DNA of 62,255 nucleotides from Opitutus sp. GAS368 (GTDB lineage Bacteria > Verrucomicrobiota > Verrucomicrobiia > Opitutales > Opitutaceae): NCBI GenBank assembly GCA_945859965.1, contig CAMAPG010000001.1, positions 1-62,255 of the forward strand. The letters run 5' to 3'. Of the stretch, positions 8,753 through 17,037 are shown piece by piece. The first letter of the stretch is position 1. The number at the start of each line of letters is the position of its first letter. The notes below the pieces were generated by a model. The model was not told the DNA's origin. It did not search any database and saw only the letters and a list, made by a program, of their open reading frames with translations. A program made the translations under genes and the position numbers.

Positions 8753-10531
8753 ATGAAAACATCAGCCCTAGCTCACATGAAAATCCAACACACAATCAGC
8801 GTGCTCATCTTCGCGATGGGCAATGCCTTTGCACAGGCGCCTGCCGCTCCCGCGGCCATTGCGCCGCCGACCGCGCCAGCGCCTCCGGCTGCATTCCGGC
8901 CACCAACCGCGCCCGGCGCTGTTGACCCGGCTGCCGTTCCACCGGCGGCAGCGAAGCCCGCGGCCCCGGCTGCGATCGAACCTCCGATCCAGGATCCGGC
9001 GGCAGCGCCCGGCACTCCAGCTTCGGCACCCGGCACGGTTGACGTCGGTGCCATTCCAGCGGTTGATGCAAACGCACCAAAGGTCAGTGAATTCCAGGGT
9101 GACGAAATCGGCCTCGTGCTTCGCACGCTCGCCCGCCAGGCGAAGATGAATGTCGTCGTCAGCCCGCAGGTGGTGGGTGTGGTGAATATGCGAATCGAGA
9201 ACAAGACACCGCGCGAGGTCGTCACGATCATCTGTCAGGCAAACGCACTCATCATTGATGAGCTGAACGATGTCTCCTACATCAAGACTGCCGCGGAAAA
9301 GGCCAAGGAGCCGACGGAGGCGTACCGATACACGTTCAGCTACGCCAAGGCCGACATCGCCGCGCCGCTGCTCCAAAGCCAGCTTTCCAGCGGACTCGCT
9401 CCGCAGATTGATGCGCGGACAAACACGGTCTTCTATCGCGAAGGCAAAACGAATGCGGACAAGATCAAGGAATTTCTCGTCACGATTGATAAGCCCACCC
9501 AGCAGGTCATGATTGAGGCGCGTCTTGTGGAAGTGACTGCCAATCCAAAGCAAAGCTACGGCATCAACTGGGCCGGTGTCGTAGGCGGCTCCACCACTCC
9601 ACAGACTTTCAAGTACGGTGGATCAACCTCCGCCGCCGAGACCGGCGGCCCCGCCGACGCGATCATCCTGGATAAGAATAGTGGAAAGCCAAAACTCGCG
9701 GACTTCGTGATGGACGGCGCAACCAGGGGCGGATTCGGTGACGCGCTCGCCGGACAGTTCGCCATCCTGTCGCTGCCGCAGATGTCGGCGACACTCCGCC
9801 TTCTCAATGAGGACAGCGACGCCGAGTTTCTCGCCAATCCGCGCATCGTCACGGCGAACAACCAGAAGGCAAACATCAAGATCACCCGGTCGCAGCCGGT
9901 GCCGCAGCTCAACTTCAATGAGCAGACGGCGCAGGCGGTGTTCAGCGGGTTTCAGGACAAGGAATTCGGCAATTCGCTCGTCGTCACCCCGAGCATCAAC
10001 AAGGACAGCTTCGTGACCCTCGCGGTGAAGCCGGAGATCAGCAACAAGGTCGGCGATGCCACCTTCACGTTTGGCGGCGCAACGGTCGCGAGCCCGATCA
10101 TAGACAAGCGCGAGTTTGAATCCAACGTCCTCATCAAGAGTGGCGACACCCTCGCGATCGGCGGCCTGCTTCAGGATGAAACCTCGAAGGGGCGCACCAA
10201 GGTTCCGGTCATGGGCGACATCCCGCTCTTCGGCTACCTGTTCCAGGAGCGCTTGAACCAGCGCACCAAGCGCAACCTGCTCGTGTTCGTCACGCCGACA
10301 GTCATCAAGCAGGGCTACGGCACCGGCCTCGAATCGCAGGTCACCGGGCTCAAGGACAGTGGCGAGGAGTTCGCCGATCCGCAAGGCTGGCGGAACAACG
10401 CCCGCGGGACGATTCGGATCGTCCCCACATCGAATACGCAGAACGCCGCCGAGTACCCGATCCCCGGCCAGGCCGCCACGCCCCGCAAAGTGGGCTCGAA
10501 GTACAAGGTCAGCGCCTCCACGCGCAACTGA
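8753..10531 (+). CDS. secretin (type II/III secretion system protein family; PilQ/GspD-like)
   Basis: The C-terminal secretin domain reads NPRIVTANNQKANIKITRSQPVP ... SPIIDKREFESNVLIKSGDTLAIGGLLQDE ... VPVMGDIPLFGYLFQ ... NLLVFVTPTVIK. The signal peptide is MKIQHTISVLIFAMGNAFAQA, so ATG 8777 is an alternative start and the track start at 8666 is unlikely. A Pro/Ala-rich linker lies at ~8835-9060. Confidence 0.85.
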   Translation: MKTSALAHMKIQHTISVLIFAMGNAFAQAPAAPAAIAPPTAPAPPAAFRPPTAPGAVDPAAVPPAAAKPAAPAAIEPPIQDPAAAPGTPASAPGTVDVGAIPAVDANAPKVSEFQGDEIGLVLRTLARQAKMNVVVSPQVVGVVNMRIENKTPREVVTIICQANALIIDELNDVSYIKTAAEKAKEPTEAYRYTFSYAKADIAAPLLQSQLSSGLAPQIDARTNTVFYREGKTNADKIKEFLVTIDKPTQQVMIEARLVEVTANPKQSYGINWAGVVGGSTTPQTFKYGGSTSAAETGGPADAIILDKNSGKPKLADFVMDGATRGGFGDALAGQFAILSLPQMSATLRLLNEDSDAEFLANPRIVTANNQKANIKITRSQPVPQLNFNEQTAQAVFSGFQDKEFGNSLVVTPSINKDSFVTLAVKPEISNKVGDATFTFGGATVASPIIDKREFESNVLIKSGDTLAIGGLLQDETSKGRTKVPVMGDIPLFGYLFQERLNQRTKRNLLVFVTPTVIKQGYGTGLESQVTGLKDSGEEFADPQGWRNNARGTIRIVPTSNTQNAAEYPIPGQAATPRKVGSKYKVSASTRN

Positions 10532-10554
10532 GCGCGATTCCAATTCCAAAAAAG

Positions 10555-10584
10555 AACACCGGTCATCTGGCCGGTGTTTTTTTT
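10555..10584 (+). terminator. Rho-independent terminator downstream of the secretin gene
   Basis: Stem AACACCGG (10555-10562) pairs with CCGGTGTT (10571-10578) around an 8-nt loop. It runs directly into a T tract of 8 Ts (10577-10584), 24 nt after the stop codon. Confidence 0.6.
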
Positions 10585-10693
10585 GCCGATGCCGCCGGAT
10601 GATGCCTGCGCCCCGATCATCACCAAGTGGACGCCAAAGACTCACGCGCATCTCCTTTTGACTCCACCGCCCCGCCCCGCCTACGATTGCCGC

Positions 10694-11167
10694 ATGGATT
10701 CAGGCGTCCGCCAGCGCATCTACGCATTTCTCGATTCAAAAGGTCTCCGCAAGACTTCGCAGCGCGATGCCATCATCGAGGCGGCATTCAGCACGAAGGA
10801 GCACTACACCGCGGATGATCTCCTCGTGATGGCGAAGAAAGTGGACGGCTCCGTATCGCGCGCGACCGTTTACCGCACCCTGCCGCTGCTGGTGGACAGC
10901 GGCCTGCTGCACGAGATGGACTTCGGGCGCGACCAGAAATTTTACGATCCGAATTACGTGGATCACCCAAACCACAATCATCTCATCTGCATGGATTGCG
11001 GGGACATCGTGGAATTCGAGGATGTGCATATTGACACGCTGGAGGACTGCATCAGCCGCCGGCTCGGGTTCACGCCGACGGGCAAGACCGTCCAGATCAA
11101 GGCCCATTGCGACCAGTTCGTGGCGCTCGGAAAATGCGACCGCCAGAGCCGGCGGAAGCGTGCCTGA
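10694..11167 (+). CDS. Fur-family transcriptional regulator (Fur/Zur/PerR not resolved)
   Basis: 157 aa from ATG 10694. LRKTSQRDAIIEA, SRATVYRTL..L...GLL, HNHLICMDCGDIVEF and the HC...C tail are Fur-family blocks. Confidence 0.85.
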   Translation: MDSGVRQRIYAFLDSKGLRKTSQRDAIIEAAFSTKEHYTADDLLVMAKKVDGSVSRATVYRTLPLLVDSGLLHEMDFGRDQKFYDPNYVDHPNHNHLICMDCGDIVEFEDVHIDTLEDCISRRLGFTPTGKTVQIKAHCDQFVALGKCDRQSRRKRA

Positions 11168-11179
11168 CCGTCGCCGGCG

Positions 11180-12568
11180 CTATCCTTCGGGCAGCGGGCG
11201 GCCTTTTGTCTCTGGGAGGAATGGCAGCACGATGAGGCCGAGGAAGTAGATGCCGGCGAGCCAGCACGCCGCCTCGCGGAAGGCGGTGAGTTGCGCATCG
11301 GCCTTGGCCACGGCGTCGGCGGTCGCGGGCAGCGCGGCCACGGCCTTGTCACCGAGCGCCTTTTGCATCGAGCCCAGCGTGATCGGGCCGGTGGCGGCGA
11401 TGAAGCGGCCGACGTTGTAGCAGAAGCTGACACCTGTGCTGCGCAGTCGCGTCGGAAACAGCTCCGGCAGGTAAATCGCGAAGCCGGCGAAGATGCCGAG
11501 TTGGCAAAATCCCATGAGGCCGGTCATCCAGATGTCGGCCTTGGTCTGGAAATTTCTGTAGAAGTAGATCGTGACTGCGAAGGCCGCCAGGAAGCCGAAG
11601 GCGAAGATGGACCTGCGGCCGTAGATCGCGGCCAGCTTCGAGAACACGATCATGCCGAAGAACGCGCCGATGTTTTGCACGATCAGGTTGGCGGCTGTCC
11701 ACCACTGCTTGCCTGCCGTAATCTCCGCGGGCGAGAGGTTCTGCGCGCGCAGCGCCTTTTCGATAGCGGGGCCGATCAGCGCGCCGCTGAAGAAGCCGAC
11801 GCCCCACAGGCCGACGACGCCCGCGACGCAAAGGATCATGCCGAGGATGGCCGGCCGGCGCCACTGGGCCTCGCCGAAGAGGCTGGCGTAGCTGCCCATC
11901 GCCTTGCCGCCGACCTCCCGACTGGCCGCGCGCGCCGCGATCCACTTCGCTGGTTCCTTTAGACGCACCATGATGAAGATGCAGAGGAAGGCCGGTGCTG
12001 CGCCGATCCAGAAAAGATATTTCCATGAGACCATTGGGTCCGCCTCGGCCAGCGCCATCGCGCAGAGGCCGGCGGTGACGTTGCCCACGGCCGAGAGCGC
12101 CTGCAGGAGGCCGAGTGCCTTGGGCCGCGCCTGATCCGGCAGCGAATCGGCGACGAGCGCCACCGCCAGGCCGAACACGCCGCCGACGCCGAGGCCGGTG
12201 AGCGCCCGGAAGATCATGAACTGCGTGACGTCCTGCGCAAAGGCCGAGAGCCCCGTGCAGAGCGAATAGATGAGGACCGTGAGCGAGAGAGTCTTGGCCC
12301 TGCCAATGCGATCACCGACCGACCCGAAGATGAGGCCGCCCAGCGCCCAGCCCGCGACGAAGATGCTCTGCGCCCAGCCGCTGAGCTGTTTCAGAACCAG
12401 CGGGTCGGTGCCGGGCGCGGCGAGGGCCTTGATGGCGTTGTCGCGCGCCAGAATGAAGAGCTGCTGGTCCAGGCAGTCGAAGAGCCACGCCAACGAGGCG
12501 ATGGTGAAGACGAACCAGTGATTGCTCGAGAGCGTGCGATACCAAGGCAGGTTTTCTTGTTCGGTCAT
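11180..12568 (-). CDS. MFS transporter
   Basis: 462 aa from the internal ATG (MTEQENLPWY). About 12 hydrophobic segments. The MFS loop 2-3 signature is GSVGDRIGRAK. The upstream extension in the track (to 12844) is non-protein-like. Confidence 0.85.
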   Translation of the reverse strand: MTEQENLPWYRTLSSNHWFVFTIASLAWLFDCLDQQLFILARDNAIKALAAPGTDPLVLKQLSGWAQSIFVAGWALGGLIFGSVGDRIGRAKTLSLTVLIYSLCTGLSAFAQDVTQFMIFRALTGLGVGGVFGLAVALVADSLPDQARPKALGLLQALSAVGNVTAGLCAMALAEADPMVSWKYLFWIGAAPAFLCIFIMVRLKEPAKWIAARAASREVGGKAMGSYASLFGEAQWRRPAILGMILCVAGVVGLWGVGFFSGALIGPAIEKALRAQNLSPAEITAGKQWWTAANLIVQNIGAFFGMIVFSKLAAIYGRRSIFAFGFLAAFAVTIYFYRNFQTKADIWMTGLMGFCQLGIFAGFAIYLPELFPTRLRSTGVSFCYNVGRFIAATGPITLGSMQKALGDKAVAALPATADAVAKADAQLTAFREAACWLAGIYFLGLIVLPFLPETKGRPLPEG

Positions 12569-12703
12569 GGCGGGCGCGGACAGTGGCGAACATGCTTCCG
12601 CCGGTAAACAGGAAACATCGCCCGCACCGTGGAAAACCGCTTTCGCGCAGCAGACTGATTTTTTCCGTGGAATATTCGCAGGACAGTCCACTCTCATCAG
12701 CCA

Positions 12704-13249
12704 GTGAACGGGGATACCTTCCAAGTGCTCGTGGACCGGCATTACGCCGCGCTTTACCGTTTCGGGCTGAGCCTGAGCGGGAAGCCGGATGCAGCATCGG
12801 ATCTCGTGCAGCAGACATTTTACCTGTGGGCCGAGAAGGGCCATCAGCTCCGCGATGCTTCAAAGGCGAAGGGCTGGCTCTTCACGACGCTCTATCGCGA
12901 ATACCTCGCCACCTACCGGCGCAACGTGAAATTTCCGCACATCGAAATAGACGAAACCACTGGCGAGTTGCCTGTGATCGCGCCCGAAGTCCTGCGCGAT
13001 CTGGATGGCGCGACGGTCGTCGGAGCGCTGGCCGGGGTGGATGAGGTGTACCGCGCACCGCTCACGCTCTTTTACATTGATGACCTCCCATACAAGGAAA
13101 TCGCCGACGTGCTCGGTGTGCCGATCGGCACTGTGATGTCGCGCCTCTCGCGTGGAAAGGAGCAGCTTCGCAGGCTGCTGCTCGAATCGAAATCGCGCTC
13201 CCCGGAAAAGGTCCTCGAATTTCCATCAACGAAAGGAGCCGCGAAATGA
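12704..13249 (+). CDS. ECF-type RNA polymerase sigma factor (sigma-70 family, group 4)
   Basis: 181 aa. Region 2 reads YAALYRFGLSLSGKPDAASDLVQQTF. Region 4 reads YRAPLTLFYIDDLPYKEIADVLGVPIGTVMSRLSRGKEQLRR. Confidence 0.9.
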   Translation: MNGDTFQVLVDRHYAALYRFGLSLSGKPDAASDLVQQTFYLWAEKGHQLRDASKAKGWLFTTLYREYLATYRRNVKFPHIEIDETTGELPVIAPEVLRDLDGATVVGALAGVDEVYRAPLTLFYIDDLPYKEIADVLGVPIGTVMSRLSRGKEQLRRLLLESKSRSPEKVLEFPSTKGAAK

Positions 13250-14061
13250 ACGGGGATCCGCGACTGATTCTTTCCGCCCGCCGTCCTTCGGGACAGGATG
13301 ACGCCGACCCTGCGATCGCAGGGGCACTCGCCAGTGCGGAGAACGACCCGGCGCTCCGGGAATGGATTGAAAGCGAACGGCAAACCGACGCGGCGCTCGT
13401 GCAGAAGCTCCGCCAGGTGCAGCCGCCACCGGGACTTCGCGAGGCGATTCTCGCCGGGGCAAAAGTGAGCCGCCGCGGATGGCGGACGTGGTTCGAGAAG
13501 CCCGCGTGGAGGACCTTTCTGAACAGCGAACTGCTCGCGGTTGCCGCGCTGGTGCTGATCTTCGCTGTCGCGCTCGGCTCGCGCCTTTTCGTGGGCACGC
13601 CGGGCACATGGCAGCTTGCCGGTGCGATCGAGGTCGCAAAAATCGAGAACGAGCAACGCGCGATCGGGCATTTTTCCGGCGACATCCAGGACATCCGCAT
13701 GTGGCTCGCGGGGGAGGCATGCCCGGCTCCCGCAAGCCTCCCGCCGCAGGTGCGCGGACTTCCGATTCATGGCTGCTCGAAGCACAAGTGGCGCGGCCAG
13801 CCCATGAGCATCATCTGCTTCGACCTTGGCCGTGGAAAAGAGGTCCACCTCGTCACGATCTCGCGCGCTGAGATTCCCGCTGATCCGCCATTCGGGGCGC
13901 CGGAGTTTGCGGAGATCAACGACTACCAGACCGCGAGTTGGTCCGAAGGTGAATTTGCCATGATGCTGATCGGCAAAGTGCCGCGCGCCGACCTGGAGAA
14001 ATTATTCCAGCCCGTCGCGGCAGTCGCGCTTCGCACGGCTCATACACCACCATCCATCTGA
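13246..14061 (+). CDS. putative anti-sigma factor (single-pass membrane protein)
   Basis: The start overlaps the sigma gene stop (ATGA, 4-nt overlap). There is one TM segment (LLAVAALVLIFAVALG) about 110 aa from the N-terminus. No zinc-binding HxxxCxxC motif, so the assignment rests on context only. Confidence 0.55.
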   Translation: MNGDPRLILSARRPSGQDDADPAIAGALASAENDPALREWIESERQTDAALVQKLRQVQPPPGLREAILAGAKVSRRGWRTWFEKPAWRTFLNSELLAVAALVLIFAVALGSRLFVGTPGTWQLAGAIEVAKIENEQRAIGHFSGDIQDIRMWLAGEACPAPASLPPQVRGLPIHGCSKHKWRGQPMSIICFDLGRGKEVHLVTISRAEIPADPPFGAPEFAEINDYQTASWSEGEFAMMLIGKVPRADLEKLFQPVAAVALRTAHTPPSI

Positions 14062-14089
14062 CGGCCTCGCCGCACGAATCACTCACGCC

Positions 14090-16168
14090 ATGCTCCGCCA
14101 ATTCCTCGCCGCAATCCTCCTCACGCTCCCCGCCTTCGCACAGCAGGGGCCCGACGGCGCGCAACTCACCGTGCGCGCATTCGTGGCAGACACCACCGCA
14201 GTCGAGGCGGGCAGGCCATTTCACGCCGCCTTCCATTTTAAGATCGCCGACAAGTGGCACATGTACTGGCGGCATCCCGGCGGCGTCGGCACACCGCTGA
14301 ACGTCACCGAGTGGAAACTCCCGCCCGGCTGGAAAGTCGAGGAAGTCGGGTTCCCCCTGCCGATCCTCGCAAGGAACAACGAATACGAGCAGAACTTCTA
14401 CGCCTACGAGCACGAGGTCGCCTTCCCCGTGAAAATCACGCCGCCGGAAAAACTCGCCGGAGGCGAAGTCACGCTCGCCGCGAAAATCGAGTGGCAGGTC
14501 TGCGAAGCCACATGCATCGCTGGCACGGCGGAAATGAAACTCACGCTCCCCGTCGGCCCTGCGAAACCCGCGAACGCCCCGCTGTTCACAAAGTGGCTCG
14601 CGGAACTTCCGCAAACTGGGGAGCCACCAACGAAGGACATCGCGTTTGAATTTAAAAACAAAGTTCTCACCGTCCGGGCCTCCGGACTGCCGCCGGACAC
14701 CAAGGCGGAATTCTTCGCCATCCCGCCCGCAGGCTACAGCGGCGGCCTTGACTTCGGCCCCGCTCCAAAGTCCGAGACATCCGCCGACGGCAGCCGTGTG
14801 TTCACTTTCCGCTGGGACCAGGACATCGAGTGGAGCGGCCTGCTCGTCGTCACCGGTGCGGATGGAAAACGCAAAGGCTGGTACATCGGCGACGTGCCGC
14901 CGGTTCTGGCAAAAGGAAAGCCCGCCGCCGTGGAAGCTGCCGCGGACGATGGCGAGACGTGGGATCCATTCGCGGAGCTTTCCGCCGGAAAACCGGCCGG
15001 CGAAAGCCTGTGGGCGCTGCTCATCCAGGGCTTTCTTGGCGGACTGCTCCTGAATCTCATGCCCTGCGTGCTGCCCGTCATCAGCCTGAAAATTTTCGGT
15101 TTTGTGCAGCAGGCGGGCGAGTCGAAGGAGCGCGTGTTCAAGCTCGGCCTCGCATTTTGCGCGGGTGTCTTCGCGTTTTTCCTCGCGCTAGCGCTGCTGG
15201 TGCTCGGCCTCGCGTCGGCAAACAAGTCGCTTGGTTGGGGTGCCCAGTTTTCAAACCCCGTCGCGCTCACCGTGATGGTCGCGATCCTGTTTCTCTTCGG
15301 GCTCAGCCTGCTCGGCGTGTTCGAGATCACGCTCGGCGGCGCTTCGTCGAAGCTGAGCGAACTATCCGGCAAGGAAGGCGCCGGCGGCGCATTCGTGCAT
15401 GGATTTTTCACGACGCTGCTCGGCACCAGTTGCACCGCGCCATTCATCGGCCCCGTGCTCGGCACCGCGATCAACCAGCCCGGCGGGCGTATCTTCGCGC
15501 TCTTCGCGTCCATCGCCACCGGCCTCTCCCTGCCTTACTTCCTGCTCACGTGGAAACCTGCGTGGATGAAATTTCTGCCGAAGCCCGGCACGTGGATGGT
15601 TCGCTTCAAACAGTTGCTCGGCTTTGTGATGCTTGCCTTCACCGTCTGGCTGATCGGCTCACTCCCGACGCCCGCGATGATCGTTTCGGTTGCCGCGTTC
15701 CTGCTCGTCCTCGCATTTGGCGCGTGGATCTTCGGCACGTATCACGGCTCGCGATGGCCGCTCCCCGTCACGCTGCTGCTCGCCGGCGGCGGCTGGCTGG
15801 CCTTCATCCACGGCACGGTGGAAAAGCCCGCCAACCAAGGCTCATCCGGCCTCCATAGCGCAGTCCGCAAGGGTTTGAAGGACAACCGCCCCGTCTTCGT
15901 GGACTTCACCGCCGACTGGTGCCTGAACTGCAAGGCGTTTGAAAAACTCGTGATCAACACCGAGCCCATCCAGGCGGCATTCAAGAAAAAGAACGTCCTT
16001 TTTGTGAAAGCCGACTACACCGCCGAACCCCCCGACATCACCGCCGCCCTCAAGAAACTCAACCGTGTCGGAGTGCCGGTCTATGTCCTCTTCCGCAAGC
16101 GCGGTGACGCATGGATCGCCGACGGTCTCACGCAGGGCGGCCTGCTCCAGGAACTGGAAAAACTGTAG
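14090..16168 (+). CDS. dsbD: protein-disulfide reductase DsbD family (N-terminal DsbD-alpha-like domain, TM core, C-terminal thioredoxin)
   Basis: 692 aa with a signal peptide. IEWQVCEATC is the DsbC/DsbD N-domain. The TM core contains LLNLMPCVLPVISLK and TSCTAPFIGP. The C-terminal FVDFTADWCLNCK is a thioredoxin CxxC. Confidence 0.9.
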   Translation: MLRQFLAAILLTLPAFAQQGPDGAQLTVRAFVADTTAVEAGRPFHAAFHFKIADKWHMYWRHPGGVGTPLNVTEWKLPPGWKVEEVGFPLPILARNNEYEQNFYAYEHEVAFPVKITPPEKLAGGEVTLAAKIEWQVCEATCIAGTAEMKLTLPVGPAKPANAPLFTKWLAELPQTGEPPTKDIAFEFKNKVLTVRASGLPPDTKAEFFAIPPAGYSGGLDFGPAPKSETSADGSRVFTFRWDQDIEWSGLLVVTGADGKRKGWYIGDVPPVLAKGKPAAVEAAADDGETWDPFAELSAGKPAGESLWALLIQGFLGGLLLNLMPCVLPVISLKIFGFVQQAGESKERVFKLGLAFCAGVFAFFLALALLVLGLASANKSLGWGAQFSNPVALTVMVAILFLFGLSLLGVFEITLGGASSKLSELSGKEGAGGAFVHGFFTTLLGTSCTAPFIGPVLGTAINQPGGRIFALFASIATGLSLPYFLLTWKPAWMKFLPKPGTWMVRFKQLLGFVMLAFTVWLIGSLPTPAMIVSVAAFLLVLAFGAWIFGTYHGSRWPLPVTLLLAGGGWLAFIHGTVEKPANQGSSGLHSAVRKGLKDNRPVFVDFTADWCLNCKAFEKLVINTEPIQAAFKKKNVLFVKADYTAEPPDITAALKKLNRVGVPVYVLFRKRGDAWIADGLTQGGLLQELEKL

Positions 16169-16200
16169 CCGCCTCCGGTTTCCCTGCGTGCAGATAGCCC

Positions 16201-16520
16201 GCATTTCTCACACGCTGCGAACCCCGACAGGGGTTCTCCCATGAGTAGCCGGGGGTGACGTGAGGCACGAACGTTACCCCCGGTTCTCCGGGCACGGGAT
16301 CTGAACCCCGGAGGGGTTCTCCCATGACGGCGGGCGGGATGTGGTCACGGATGGGAGAACCCCTCCGGGGTTCAGAGGTTTTTCTGCTGCCAACCGGGGG
16401 TCTGGCGACCCCCGGCTACTCATGGATGACCCCTCCGGGGTCCATGAAACTGTCGTTCCCCCATGACCGTGTCATTCCCGTTACTGGCCGGTGCCGGTCA
16501 TACCGGGGTGTGAGAAATGC
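16201..16520. repeat. 320-bp compound palindromic (REP/BIME- or MITE-like) intergenic element
   Basis: Three concentric perfect inverted-repeat pairs are present. They are 13 bp (16201-16213 / 16508-16520), 17 bp (16239-16255 / 16409-16425) and 25 bp (16301-16325 / 16351-16375). The element is built from four copies (two forward, two reverse) of a ~22-nt motif CCCCGGAGGGGTTCTCCCATG. Confidence 0.85.
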
Positions 16521-16565
16521 AGGATAGGGCTTCCGCATGCGGCCAAACTGCGTTCCCATCCGCCC

Positions 16566-16964
16566 ATGAAAATCATCTGGACGGTTCTCTTCCTCGCCAT
16601 CGGCGCAGCCATTTTTTCGATCGCCGCCCTCCTCGTCCCGGCGGGTGCGCGCAACGACAAATTCTGGCTGAGCATCGGCGCCATCGCGGTCGCCCTCATC
16701 CTCGTCTATCTCGCATTCGCATTCGCGCCCGCTCCCCGCGGCGAGCAGGGAGGAAACATGATGCGCCTGCAGATGGCGGCGGGCGGCCTCCTTTACCTGC
16801 TGGCCACACTTGGCCTCGCAGGCGTGGCGATCACCGGCATCACATTCACATGGCTCGCCGTGCTCCACATCCTCGCGCTCCTCGCATGGGTGCTGATCGT
16901 CGCCGCCGGCGCGCTCGGTGCGACTTCACTGAAACGGTCTGACAACACCGCGAACGAAGAGTGA
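16566..16964 (+). CDS. small integral membrane protein (about 4 TM helices), unknown function
   Basis: 132 aa from ATG 16566 (MKIIWTVLFLAIGAAIFSIAALLV...). Four hydrophobic stretches with GC-rich third positions. No family recognised. Confidence 0.6.
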   Translation: MKIIWTVLFLAIGAAIFSIAALLVPAGARNDKFWLSIGAIAVALILVYLAFAFAPAPRGEQGGNMMRLQMAAGGLLYLLATLGLAGVAITGITFTWLAVLHILALLAWVLIVAAGALGATSLKRSDNTANEE

Positions 16965-17037
16965 GCACGAAAGATCTCTCTTTTGCCACACCCACCCCGC
17001 AAGCGCCGAATGCAGAATCTTCTGTCTGAGTGTGCAG

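Noticed and set aside
16128-16527. Small ORFs 16128-16325 (-), 16324-16527 (+) and 16416-16868 (-) giving mirror peptides such as GEPLRGS and PGYSW
   Set aside because: They lie inside the compound palindrome. The similar peptides on both strands follow from the inverted repeats and are not evidence of coding.
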